A DNA stretch of 64,000 bases, taken from positions 28,296,307-28,360,306 of the forward strand of contig OZ316892.1 in NCBI GenBank assembly GCA_973895155.1, given 5' to 3'. The first letter of the stretch is position 1. Each line of letters opens with the position of its first letter. Both the position numbers and the translations under genes were made by a program. The DNA is from Marsupella aquatica (lineage: Eukaryota > Plantae > Marchantiophyta). Under the pieces are notes generated by a model that was not told the origin of the DNA, made no database searches, and saw only the letters and a program-made list of their open reading frames with translations. Shown in pieces: positions 48,883-62,733 of the stretch.

Positions 48883-51800
48883 TTTTGCGAGGCGGTCTCT
48901 TTGTCTAAGTAGAACCAGGGAATCACCAGGAAGATAGACACTGTCACGAAAACTCTTTAGAATGTGTGATGAAGTGATCTCATTCCTTATGAGATCAATT
49001 TATGCTTGTAGTGATTGTAATCTAACTCGAGGAAGAGTGTATGACAAGGACATTCAAGCCAAACTATCCTATTTCTTGATAATCATATTGTACAATTGAA
49101 CCGGGGGATATACAATGTATTGTAAATCTTACCTCATATCAATAGAGCAAGTTGTCTGACACGGTCCTCATCAGTCGTCTCAGTCGCCCAGCACTTCTAC
49201 GGCATGAAGTTCTGAGGTGTAACCAATTTTGTGTCTGAGCTTTCACTTCGTGTGCAACTTGTGAGGCTGCCAGTGGCTAATGTTATTCTGCAGATTTGAG
49301 ATTCCACGTCGTGTGTAACTTTCTCAGCTGTCATGGGGCTATAGTTTTGTTTGCATATGGCAACTTTTTCACCCAATGAAATCGAGAGAGTTGGCAGCAC
49401 ATGTTAGCGATCTTCTTCTGCAGCGTATAAATTTTCAGGGTCTCTTTTGACACTGTGCTTTGCCAAGTACGCAATCTCTTCCAACAGATCAACATCTGTG
49501 ATTCGACCATTCCTCTTGTCGAACATCTCTACGGGTATCTATCCAAGGGCCTTTTTCTGCATTGCGTCGTCTGTCGTTAGTATGGGTTCCTTGTTGAGGG
49601 CTAGGACTGCATTTATTTCAGCTAAAATATGGCACCGTCCGTTGAGGTCCTGTGTCTTTCCAGCGAGTTTGCGATCGAGCTCCAGCAGTGATGGACTACA
49701 GGGAAGACCTCAACTGGTGGGTTTTGTGTGGATCTCTTTTCTCATTTTTTTTAATAGCAGGAATCAAGCTGGTCCTTTACAAAGGGGAGAAGCAATTGTA
49801 CGAGTATCCGTTATTAACAAGAGTCAAACCCTCTACCTGGCAGTGTGCTAGGAAAATGTCATACCTGAACCCCTCAGGGTTTGTAGGGAGCAGGTGTACG
49901 GATGCGTAACATTCGACGCCCTGAGAAGCCATCAAGGTCGAAATCTGCCTACGAAAGTACCTAAAGCAGAGCATCAAGTTCTCTTTGGTTTTGAGTATCC
50001 CAAACATTCCCGTTTTAAACTCTAGATGTGGGTGGAATTTCTGGTAGCCCAACAAAGTGAGGAGCATGTATGCATACATGACACAGTTTTCGCTTCGCCC
50101 AGCTTGTCCACACAACAGAATGATTTGCAACATAGAAGCTGTGTAGCCCCAATGTCCAGGGCTCTCGTGGAAACCTTTCCTTATACTTTCCGGGTGTAAT
50201 TTGAGTCTTGAGAATGTGGCTTATGAATAGCGGCAAGGCTTACAACCTATGTGGCTAGTGACCTCACAGTTCTGGACTAATCCTAGCCACACTAAATTAA
50301 GCAGGTTCGTCCGTAAGCTTGTAAGTCAAATTACCGCCCTCCATGCCTGGAATAGGTAAGAGTCACGGAGATTCTGTTAGGTACTGAAGGATATGTCAGA
50401 TTTTTCCCAATGCAATACTTGACAGGATAAGTTAGGAGGAACAAATAAATACTTCTACCCGATGCATTAATGCTCTGGTGAGCCAAAAAGGGTTGCAAGT
50501 GAATAGAAACACAGCCTTTCCCAAATGGCAGGCGTGAGGACCGGGATTCGGCTTTACTGGACAACAGAAAAGATACCTCAAAAGAAGATTCTTATTATTT
50601 TTTGGCAAATTTGGAAGGTGGAAGCATCATCCACACAACATTATGGCTTTGAGGGACCAGGCGAGGCCAGGCTAGGCCCCACATGCAACAACAGAGCAAT
50701 CACCAATTTAATGCGATACAAGAGAGCTTTTGGAGGGTTATTTAAGGAGCTTAGCTTTCTCATTTCATGAACCCGCAAGGACAGCCTTCCCTGCAGGATC
50801 CCTGGCATATAGCTATGGATAGTGATTCACCTACGAGATGGGAGTCAAATGCCTCTCCTTCCACATAATTATGTGCACCACGATAGCGAAAGTTCCTGCA
50901 GCATTAGTACACAGCACAGAACAACAGCATAAAGGAATGGGAACCCGAATGCAGATCAGTAGCGTGAAGTTCTGATTTTCTTGTACTTGTCCTTCCCTTG
51001 ACTTCCCCAAAGGACACAGAGACCATTCTACACCCTCGATCTGGGAACTTATCAGCTCAGATCGAAAGATTCCCAAGCATTTCCCCAAGAACTACCCTCC
51101 CTCTGCCCAAAAATAATGCGGCAATACCTATCAATACACTGGATAGGAGCTCTGCAGCACGAAGCCCAACGCCTCATCTGCCCCACTTCTTGTTCTGCAC
51201 ACCTCTGGCTGCTGTACTTTTCTCATTGTGTGAGGTCTCTGTGCATCACGAGAATGAGTGAGCTCCTCTCCAAAGTCAACCGGATGTCACGCACGGCTGG
51301 CTGGCTGTGGGTAAATTCTCAGAGCTACATTCCTGACCTCCTCCTGCTCCTCTCGCTCAGCTGCTCAGCTCCTTCAGGCATGCCAATGAGCACTCGAGTA
51401 TCTTCACCATCCATCCCTCACACAGTCTCACCTTCTCTTACTTAATAATTAAATAGAGGTCTGGGGATAGTTCTTCATAATAATCACCATAGCAGTTTAG
51501 TTTATCTATTCACCTCCCTAGAGGAAGGACTGTGGTCGCCCATGAAGAGCAGCAGACATGTGTAGAATGATACTTGCCGCTTGCCAGTAGTGGCTGGTCA
51601 AGGCTTCAGAATTTGACTTACCATCACCACTGCTGAAAGGGCATCAGGGGGACCAAGGTACTGTATTATTGTTGGTGAAGAAGCCATTCATAATAATGTG
51701 GACACTGTCCCACCTCAGCTGATCTCCCGGTGTTTGTTTCTTTTGGTTGTGGGCATTCATTTGACTGATTGAGGACCAGAATACTAAAATGGAATGTATT

Positions 51801-54800
51801 GTATCCACCGTACATGCAGACAAAATGATGAAATGATGTGAATGCTACACATATCCATATATGCTAAACTGTACATGATAATTAATTTGGCAACTAGAAT
51901 GCTTTGGCTGATAGCTCAGCTTGTGACTTGTGAGGGAGGGAGACTCACAAAAAAGTTAGGTTCTACTAGCCTTAATACCATCAGCACAGGAAGGGCTCCC
52001 ATGCCCCATAGCCAGACTCTCCATGCCCGTCCCTCCCCACAAGCACCCTCCCCACAAGCATAGCCTAAGTAAGAAAAAGCTATGTTCGCAGATAAATTAT
52101 GGCCTACAACTTCACTTATGGAGTAGGTCATACGGGTAGGCTTCAATCACAAAATGTAATATAGATTCTGACACTCCCAACGTCCACTCAATCCTTCAGA
52201 CCCCAGTTATTGAGCGATCAAAGCTACGTCCAGCAATGAGGTCCCACTTCATACCATTGGTATTCCAGGGTATGGTAGCTGTGGTAGAGTGTAAATAATT
52301 GCACAGAATAATTGTGAAATTCAATAGGGAAAAGGGCAATAGAAACTACGGAGGTGGAGATGTAAGTACACTTTTTGTGTGACCAAACAGCTTTTTGGTC
52401 AGTCTTTGGGTGACCAGAGAACTTTTTGGTCATGTACCTGGGTAATGGGAAGTAGCCCCAAGATGCCTCGTGAGGGTTTAGGACTGGAATGTGGTACTTT
52501 CAAAACCCTTATCAAGAGCATATTCCAATGGGGTCCACTTTTACAGAATAGTCTAGGAAATAAGGAATCTCCTGATTTTATGTTTATGGAGGAGTACATT
52601 TGAGAGGCTGGTGTGTTGCAATGAAATGGAGCCCTTTGATGTCTAATTCCCTCAGTCTGGTATCGTTGTGAAGAAGCAACACTCAAACCTCGTTAATTGG
52701 TAGGCTTTGGGTTGTTACCCGGGCCAGAGGGAATGTGCATTGTATTTGGTCAAGGTCAATTTGGGGTTACGTGGACACCTGCAAAAGTAAGTGCCTAAAC
52801 TGTTGCAATGAAGGCTAGAATCATTCCATTTTCTATTCTAATATAGTCTTGGAGACCACCTCCATGAAACCTAATGATTGCAATCTCATTAATCAATCAA
52901 TGAGCATACACAAAATCATCCAAACAATCTCGATTGAATGAGAGGGGCTCAAGAGAATAATTATATAACTCCTAGTGGGAGATCTTAGTTATTCTTAGGA
53001 TCATTGTCTCCATTAATTAAGCTTGTTGCCTTCTCCCCCTCCCCCCTTCCCCAAACAATACGCTTCCTATGAGTCTCCTTTCTTGGGGAGGAAAATTAAA
53101 TATATCTTCAAATGCTAGAAGGGAAGAGGGGTCAAAGAAAAGGAAGATTTTTAAAACTGATAGTATCCGTTGTATTTTGGGGGACATTGCCGTCTTTAAT
53201 TCATTTTGGCTCATTCCCTTCTTCCCACAAAAAGGTGAGACTCTCCGTATGGTTCTGTTTTCTTGGGGAGGAAAGCATACTTTCAAAGGTTACACCAATG
53301 CTACAAAGGGAAAAGGGTTAAGTCATGATTCTCAAGTAAGAAATTCGACGCTCCCTTGCTCATTGTTGTGACAAACTAGAGCATTCGTACCCATCTGTAT
53401 CATACTCATCCGCTATTGGCCAAAGTGACAGGGCCAAAGAGCACTGGTGGCCACGGCACTAAATAGGATAGGTAGGGTTCCCATCCATACCACTAAACTG
53501 TAGCACCATGAGCTCGAGCATGGCCGCGTACCCCAAATACATTGCACAACTTGCCTCCTGCTGGTCATTAGATCCAAAGCCCTGAATCCAGTCTTGTCCA
53601 TCCCAAAAGGAGGTCTGGTGGAGGGCACAGTCACGGCCACTACTGGAGGGTAGGAATGGCAAAGTGAGGGAGATTTTAGGCTGGGCCAGGGCATTAGCTA
53701 AATCCTATTGTGTTTGGGTGGGGAGTCAAAAATGGATTCCCAAGCTGAACCCTCCATGTTCAATGCTGTCTGCTGGCAGACTGGTGCAACCCCAGGTGCA
53801 ACTGCTCTTACAATGCCTACTGTAGGTGGTGATTGGAGATGCAAAATAAGTCAACAACCCACAGCCTCTAGTTTGCTTTAACGTGGCAAGTTGAATTGCC
53901 ATGTTGGAATGTCCACTTTCTATACAAGACGCTGGTTATCTGCACAACAACTTGTGGCCACTTAATTTAACCTTTTAGAGGATAGCTTGCACTTTTGTCT
54001 TGGCTTCGTATACAGTTTCCTACACATGATTGTGTATTTTGCTTGGGTTCATTCGCAGTACTGTACTTTCCATTTTATATAATTGCATATAGAGATAACA
54101 GATAATGGTGCATGCATGCATGCTAGGCTCAATCATTGATGCCATGAATTCAGACACGACAGCAAGAGGATTGATTGAGTGATTGATTGAATGAATTTCA
54201 CCCAATGCCTTAGGAGCGGTATGCACTTTGGATGGCACAGTGCAATTGCTTCTAAATTTGTCCTCAAACTTTTTTTTTGGTAGGGGAAGAGGGGGAGGTT
54301 TTGTTTTTTTTTTGGAGGGGGGAACGCCAGAGATGAGAAAATTGTGCTTCTATGTGCAACTTGGGAGATGGCATCGTTGCGTTGACCCTTTGACTTCATG
54401 GAGAACCATTCAGGTGGTTTCCCTCCATTCCAATTTCAAGGTCTTTAAACTGGTTGGTCGATGGACCAGTGCCATGCAGAGATAATACTACAGTATTTGT
54501 GGGCCATGGTCTGAAGAAGGGGTTTAATTCAAACCAGCATTGCCTTTGTGGGGAAACTTGAGCATTCCTCATATTAAAATAGAATGATGTTAGCCCAAAC
54601 TTTAATGGATCATCTCCCCAAGTTTCCCATGTTTTGGCCCCCATGCTCTTCCAAGGTAATCAAAGCTTGTACCTCAAGTTTGTGAGGACTGAGTACAAAT
54701 TTAACTATATCAATTTTGTGTCATCTTTGAGTTACAGGCACGTAATGTCACTGATATTAAAGATCAAAGAATTCAAGTTGAAGGTCAAGTTACATATCAA

Positions 54801-57800
54801 CCTGCAAAAGAACAAAAACAGGAGACAGGATCTCAAAGGCAGGAGACCCATGGAAGGAGAGAAGACAATGGGAAAACCCCAGGAGACCAAGACAAAAGCA
54901 AAGATTTGCCCACTACAACAAAGGCACCAGAGCCCAGTGAGCAGGAAACTGAAAAGTCTGGTAAAGTTATGGAGTAAACCACAAAGAAAGAAGTATCATG
55001 AAGAGGAATTTGTCTAGAGATCCTAAAACCCAGTCAAGAGTACAGTTTCATGAATTCATAATGCTCATTCTAGCCAAATCATTATGTTTTTTCATTCAAT
55101 TTCTGATCGTGGTTCATTATATAATGCACTGGATAACAATTTGGTCCTTTACATTACAATGTACAGGCAATTTAGGCTAAATATAGAGACCCATTATTTG
55201 CATTTTGTCTCACTTAGGCTTCTCCTTGGTTTGGTGAAACCTTTCATCATTTTTTCTGAACTTTAAATTCAGCTTGTGTCAATCAATTAGCCAACCACAT
55301 CAATCTGGTACAATGCTAATAACAGGGGAATTGTGAGGCTCAGTGACACATGATGGGCAGGTGGCCATAATATGTTTTATACTGTGTGTTGACAAGCCAT
55401 TGCAGAGGAATACTGAACTGAATGTACTCATGGCAAGGCACTGACGCTTCCCTTCCCTTCCCCACTTATGCCTTGCATGTTGGAGGAACCAGATGAAGTT
55501 GACTCACCCAGTGTAAATTGTTGATAGTGCATACCATGGAACCTGCCCAAGGTGATAGAGTGGTATAATTTATAGGGGAATGTATTGTTGTGTTTGCAGA
55601 ACTTTTGTGGGAGAGGATCGAATGATGAAATATTATCAGTTGGCCAAACACTATATGCATGGATATCACCTACACCTGGGGAGTAGCCCAGAGAAGTAGA
55701 TCAAGGGATGCCAAAATGCTCTCCTGGTAATCAGGACACATGCATGATACACTTCTCAGTCTAGACCTGGCAAGGAGTCCTGATTGATACCAAGCACTTC
55801 TCTCATAACCACCTGATAGCTTCACTCAGAGGTCTTTAATAGAATTAATAGAAATAAGAGTAATTCAAGCTTAAGAGCTTCTATAAGCTCATGACATGTG
55901 AAGAGGTTACATGAAAGAAATTGTCATGACACACTTAGACAATGAAGTCGTGCAATGTGCTTCTTCAGGCTGGTTTGTGTGGACAACTCTGTGATTGTGT
56001 AAATTCCCATGTGATTTGCTCCTCAAATATAGTTTGCTGCCTTGTAGGTTGGAGAGGCCAAGCCCCATTAAAACATTCAAGCTTGATACAGATAATCTAC
56101 TCTTCATGTTAGATTAGCAGAGGGAGAGCAGGTGCACTTCAGTAAAGAATTGATGTGAGTGAATTGCTAACAAAGGAATCCATAAGATGCTATCTACAAA
56201 CCGGAAGTGGATGCAAGGTTGAAGGAGTGGAGGACTTGGACAATCAGTATCCTACTGTATTTCACAAATCAAAAAATTGATAGAGTTTAAGTCCTAGTAG
56301 GTTACTAAGAACTTCAAATGGCCTGCCTCTCCTACCTTAGCAACGTACTAGGAGTTCAACTTTATCAACTAGTTGACAAGATGTTAGAGGTGGGGTTAGA
56401 GGCCCATTGTTTCTTTCTGTTCTCTCTTAGATTGAACCTGGGCAGGTATGACAAGTGGACAAGGTTGCCAGTTGGCTTTACTAGAATCCCAAGGCATAAT
56501 CAGGGAGGCTTTACAAGAACAAGGGGACAGACAAGTGTTCACTTTCTATGCTAAGATGGCCATCCCAACCTTAAATTTAAGGTGGCTGCCCACTCTTAAC
56601 TATAGAGTACTCCTGGCGGCCATTCAACACTGGTTGTCCAAAGACTACATGGCAGTTGGTGGGCCCAATGAGTGAAGCTGAATGGTGGCCCATACATTGT
56701 TTTTTGTGGCCAAAGTTTAGACCACCTGAGAAGGTGGATCTAAACTTTTGTCTGTTGAGTCTCTTGGAATACATTGATTGCATTCCACACAATGCGCCTG
56801 GGCTCTGTTAGTCATAGGCCTGGAGACTACATTTTAGGATGAAAATGGCCCGCTTAGTTTGGTCTCGGAAAAGTACTTCTGTTTATTTGCTTGTTCTTGT
56901 TTAGCCGCCACCCCCCCCCCCCCCACAGATATGGTACCAAACTACCAATCCTACATGGCAATAGTGGGGCCCAAGTAAATACTGAAGTACCTGGAGTGCT
57001 TATTTGTCTAGCATTTAGACCTGCGTAAACATTTCCAAAACATTTCCAAACTCTTTTGTTCCTCCATTCAAGGGATTTGCATTCATTGAACTTCAGTGTT
57101 GGAGAACAAGAAGTTGGCTTCTGTAAAAATACTCACAATTGCCCCAATCAAGCCCCCAACTTCTTGTGAAGTCACCCTGACATAGTTCTATCAGACCTGG
57201 ATTTTCTTGCAAAGGCTACCCTCACACTACTTTTGTACTACTTTTCAGTAAACAATCATGTGTATATGTAGTAAACCTTCTGCATCTCAGGAGATTGTTG
57301 CAATAGTATTAACCCCGCCTCAATATTAAAGTCATTCCCACTCAAACATCGCTTACCCTCGCCTGCCACTGAGAAAGATAGTTGACTGGGCTCTTCAAGT
57401 AATGCAGGCCATAAACATATGGGCGAACATAGTTTGCTGCACTGGCTGTCCTCCATGTTGGGCACAGTTGCTTTTAGTTTTGTTGGTGCTGTTGGATGTG
57501 TCCCCTTGCCACTGGGCTTTTAGTGGCTATCTTAATAAACAAAAAACAAATTTCAAGGAACTAGGGCTGCAGGCGTATGTAGGCTCCAATTGCAAGCATT
57601 GGAGCCTGGCAGCTCATGTGCATGTAGAGCCATGCTATGGCGACTCAATTTCAAGCATGGCAAAACACACATTTAGCAGTTGTGGTCACACCCCCTCCAT
57701 TTGAACCAAATTGCCCCCCAAATTGCTGTGATTGCCTAAGAACCTAAACATTATGTCAAGTCTGAATCGGGTAGTAAATAGTCTATGTTGTTGTGATTAA

Positions 57801-58599
57801 TAACTAGTTAGAGTCTATAATGGCTTCTCTGATTTCCTTTTGGCAAAAGTATGGCAAGCGTAGCCTTAAAAGCCTTAGAGGGGTTGATTTATGCTTACTG
57901 CTAAGTATTCATATATGCTTCAAGATGAACAGAGTGTCATATTAGTTGAACGGTAAATTCAAATCAAGTTATAATCTGAAACCCTTCTGAGTACTCATGC
58001 AACCATCCATAATAACCCTTCGATCATGTTTCTGTAGATGAGTAGTAGTGGCCCAAGTTGGTGGCTCTGCCTGAGCCATTGCCCAAGCTCCTCTCTTTCC
58101 TCAAATCCAGAAAGAAAACTTGAATCTTTGCACTTCTTTTGACTTCCTCTCTTGACATGGTTTTCGTATCCTGATTGTATTTGCACCAAAAAATGGTAAG
58201 TATTTTCAGCTTTAGACTAGCTAGAGTAGCTCGAATGTGGAGCTTTTTGTGGCATGATCCAAAGAAGACAGAACAAAAACTATTGAAAAGGGCCAACAAA
58301 TCACAAGAAGACAAGGAGTAGAAAGTCCAAGGAACACAAGAAAACGGAAGAAAAATGGTACTAAAAATCTAAACCTTGAATACTCAATTGAAAGGGCCAC
58401 CACTCCAGATTCATCAAGCATGGGTCCTATATCCAACTGCCCAAAAATATTTATTTAGATACCGTAGGAGATCACTTATCCTTGACAATCATTGGATCAC
58501 TCCCAAAATGCGCTTTGTATGGAAGTAAAGTTAGTTTAACTTTATGTACGATTGTGTCATTCAGGTCCAAAGACAGGTTACAGACCTTATTACGTGTGA

Positions 58600-59500
58600 G
58601 GAATCATTAGAGCTTTGCAAACATCCCAGCATGCTCTTTGTATGAACGTAAAGTTAGTTTATATATGATTATTTCATTCAAGTCCAAAGATGAGTTACAA
58701 ATCTTATTATATATAAGTCAATTACGGTCAAAATGCATCATTTCAAAGATCCCATGTAAGTTTACACAAATCTCAACCAAGTTGAAAGGTTTGGATGGGA
58801 CCAGCAACTTTCTCTTGTGGCAAAATTTTGCCAAATCTATCAGAGAAAATTCTCAGCCCAACCCAAGTTCAAAGGTTTGGATGGAGACCCATCCAAGCAC
58901 ATGACTCCAAGCTTATGAGTGAGTTTTCTTTCAATCACTGTTAAAGACCCCTGAACTATATAATTTTAGTTCCATCAGGTTAACAAATCTTATCACATGT
59001 CTGCCATCCAAGTAAAAATGTCATGTTTTTAGAAATCACATGTAAAATTACACACCTTACCCAAGCAAAGGTTTGGATGGAGACCCACATCTAAGCTTAG
59101 GAGTCCAAGTTTATGAGTGTTTTTTTCCAATAAATCATCATTAAGGACCCATATACTCATTTCCATCACATGATAACAAATGTTACGAAAGACATTCAAA
59201 TAAAAATGTCATGTTTTGAAACATTGCGTGTAACTTTACACACCTTAGTCAAGTTCAAAGGTTTGGATGGAGACCCAATCCAAGCTCTTAGCTCCAAGAT
59301 TATGAGTGTTTTTTGATAAATCACAGTTATGGGCCCATGTACTAATTCCCGTCTCATTTAAGTTAAAAATATTATCACAATCATGTCAGTCATTAAACTT
59401 CAATGTCTCGTTTCCAAACATCCCATGTAAATTCACACATCTTATCCAAGCTCAAAGGTTTTGGAGGAGACCCATCGAAGATAATGACTCCAGATTTATA
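58600..59500. repeat. Degenerate ~190-197-bp tandem repeat, about 4-5 units
   Basis: Core aaaggtttgga(t/g)ggagaccca at 58871, 59067, 59257 and 59454, with a variant at 58785. Confidence 0.8.
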
Positions 59501-59689
59501 TTATGATTGTATCTCCATCAAGTCACATTAATGAAATGATCACTTTAAGCACTCAGTACTAATTCCCGCTCCGCCGCCTTTGTGGGTGCGTTGTACTTGA
59601 GGCGTGAAACGGAATGAGAGGGACTGAGGGAGGGACAGAAACGGTACTGGATTATTGTTCTAATCAGCTTTGGATTTTGTGGGAACTTT

Positions 59690-60360
59690 AATTATGATTA
59701 CCATAATAATTAAGATGGCTGGGTGCCTCACAGCCTCATTACAAGAAAATGGAAAGAGCCAAAGCGCTGGGAAGCAGGAGAGAGAGTAGGCTAACATAGC
59801 ATGTTCATTCCAATGCTTCTGTTTTAACTTATTCAAAAATAATCTGCTATATGCTACTGTTGTTCTAGTCCATCATGATTATTAATATGGCTGGGCGCCT
59901 AATTACAAGAAAAAGTAAAGAGCCAAAGGGAGAGGAAGTCAGGAGAGAGGAGGTTGATGTACTATTATTATGGTAGTCCATCGAAACATTTTGTCAAAAC
60001 ATGGGGGTTTTAGTGTTCTCCTAATTATAGTAACAAGGAAAGAGCGCCACCTGGCTTTTCACATTGCTGCTCAGTAGGGTTATAATTTCTGTTATTTGGC
60101 TGTTTGTTGCAATTCTTGGGCTTTTAGGTCTTCCCTGATTTTTCCTTTGTATTCCCTCTTTTTGTGGGTTCATTGCTTTTGGGATCCTTTCTCCTGGCAT
60201 GGCGCCTTTTGGTCTTTGCAGTAATTGTTTTTATATATATAAAGAGAATGTTAGCAAAGGGATAATTGTTGGGATTTTGGGAATCTTATAACTGTAATTA
60301 TTATATTTCTTGGGGTGCCTAATAATAGCAGGAAGGAAAGAGAAAGAGCCAATCAAGGGG
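59690..60360. repeat. Three diverged copies of a gg(g)tgcct...gaaagagccaa motif
   Basis: Copies at ~59715-59790, 59885-59950 and 60310-60355. Confidence 0.55.
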
Positions 60361-60940
60361 AGCTGTGTTACGAAAGAGATCTTTGTTGGGCTTTTGGAAG
60401 TTTTAATACTGGAATGATTGTAATGGTGGAAGGGGATGGAGGTTACCGATGCTAATAGAAGGAAAGAGAAAGACCAAAACAAAGGTACTCATATATACAA
60501 AGTTCTTTTACTGTTTTGGGGGCCTCTAGCATTTTTGGCTCTTTGATCTACCAAGGGTTTCCCCCTTGTGTTCTGCCTTTCATTGAGTCTCCTATCTTTG
60601 GGAGCCCTCTCCATGTTTGATCCTTTTTGCTCCTTGACAGTGCAATGTATAATCCAAATTTTGTTTTCATGGTCTGTTTACAAAATGTCATTCTGTGAGG
60701 AAGCCTTCCTAGTGGTTGGATTATGCTGACATTTTTACATGATTACCCTAAGGTAAGCCTATATAAGCTACCGCCATACACATTTTCCATGCCCAATCAC
60801 ACACTCCTTGAAATCCAATTGTCAGGTTGACTCACCGACTCCCTGTAACTTCCTTTTGCTTGATCATCTCATACGCTTGATAACCCTTCCATTCAGTATC
60901 CCTCATCAAGGAAAACATCTTTCACAAACATTGAACTAAT

Positions 60941-62730
60941 TGTTAGACTCTACCTTAACCGGAAGACCGGATCAGCCGGTCATCCCGGCACCACTATATG
61001 TACCATTACCCAGACTATACAGATACCCGATATTCATTCTTATCAAACACGTTATCAGCACGAGCCTTAGACTAGCCGAGCACGAAACGGGAGATGAGAA
61101 TTTTTTTAAGAATCTGAATTCCAGCTTTCCCCAAAGAGAATGATGCGAATGTGGAGAAATTTCAACCTGGAAAAGAAGATATGTTAGAGGGACCACGAAA
61201 GAAGGTTGAAGAGGCCCACAGAATAAACGAGAATCGAAAGCCAGAGGAACTCGTAGGGAGCGCGAAGAATCGATAAGGAAATCAAAGAACTATGCTAGCG
61301 ACCGACGATCGAAAGCTCACAAAAATCCTTTGAAAGGAATAAACCATAGATGCTGGCTGCAATCGAAGAAATTCAGTTGACGATCGAAGGCATAAGGAAA
61401 GAGAAGAAGGAGACGAAACGAAAGGACGATCGAAGAGAAAGAAACGCACACTCAAAATAGACATCGAAGGATCCCAGCTTCGTCAATTAAATAACCACAT
61501 TCAATTGATGAAAGCCATAAGGACAGGAGCGCAGGGTGCACAATGAGGACTGATGTCGAGAGCATGTGAAATCAAAAATTCTCAAAAGGAATTGAAAAGA
61601 GGGCCAAAAAGAGACACCGGAACGGAAGCTGGCTGAAATCAATGGAATTCTTACGAAGACCGAAGGCGATCGTAAGTAGACAGAGCAGACATCCAGAAAT
61701 TTCAGAAATTCGATGAGAAACTCGTAAGAGAACAACAAAGCGAAAGGGACATTGATAGAAGGAGTGCGCGAGCAAAGGAGAGATCGATCAAGAGAAGCAG
61801 ATCGAGCAGAGTCATTCCGAAAATCGAGCATCGAACCCCAATCAGTGAGAGCCGGCCTCAGTATCATTTAGCGAACTTGAGATCGGAAAGGAGCGAAGAA
61901 ACTTTCGAAGGCTTACGGTGATCGGAGGTGATAAGGCCCGTCTATCACAGGCGCAGCAAGAAAGTACAATGAGGATGCCATAAGTACTTTCAAAAATAGA
62001 GGAGATTCCGAAACGTGATCGAAAATGAAAGGTGATAAGGGTGAAGGAATTTGATAAAGACTAAGGAGATACCGAAAGGCAACATAGGAAGGGCAGCACT
62101 GAAAAGAAAAACACCGATCATGATTGAGAAGCGTAGTAACCAACGAGAGACCCTCCCGCAAAGAACGTGAATTCGAGTAGAGCCTCGAACACAAGAAGGC
62201 GAAAAAGCACCAATAGAAACGGCGGACAAAGATATCAAAGAAGCGAATTGAGGCGTAGGAGGAAAGCTTACGAACCAGCAAGGGGGCTACCAAGCGGGGA
62301 GATTGCACTACATTTCATCGACAAAATGTCGAAGAAAACTCAAACCGCTAAGTGCACGCCTCATAACTGCAACATAACCGCAAAACCTCCTTACGTGCAT
62401 TCCGTAACAAAGGGAATTTACTTTACAAAGCTGAATATGCACATAACCAATGCAAGAGTAAACATAAACCATAACTGCAACCCTAAGTGCACAAGTGGAT
62501 AACTGCACAGTTTAACAAAGAAAAAAACATCTACAAAGGAAACTTTGCAGTTAAACAAATACCAAGAAAACCCTAAACCATAAGTGCAAAACCTAAAAAG
62601 GAATTTCCGATTTGCATGCGTTCTCCACCCAGCTCCACCTTGCATGCCACATAAATGTGCTTAGTCATTCCTTACTATACTTACTAGTATATAAACCTCA
62701 ACCACACTTAAAAGGAATCCAGCCATCAAC
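60941..62730 (+). mobile_element. Probable LTR/leader region of the adjacent Copia element, or an abutting retroelement fragment
   Basis: Starts TGTTAG; purine- and CpG-rich, no credible ORF, directly upstream of gag. The second LTR is outside the window, so boundaries are unverified. Confidence 0.4.
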
Positions 62731-62733
62731 CCG

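Noticed and set aside
50300-58500. Many short ORFs, possibly decayed transposase or LINE fragments
   Set aside because: No diagnostic motifs or termini identifiable by eye
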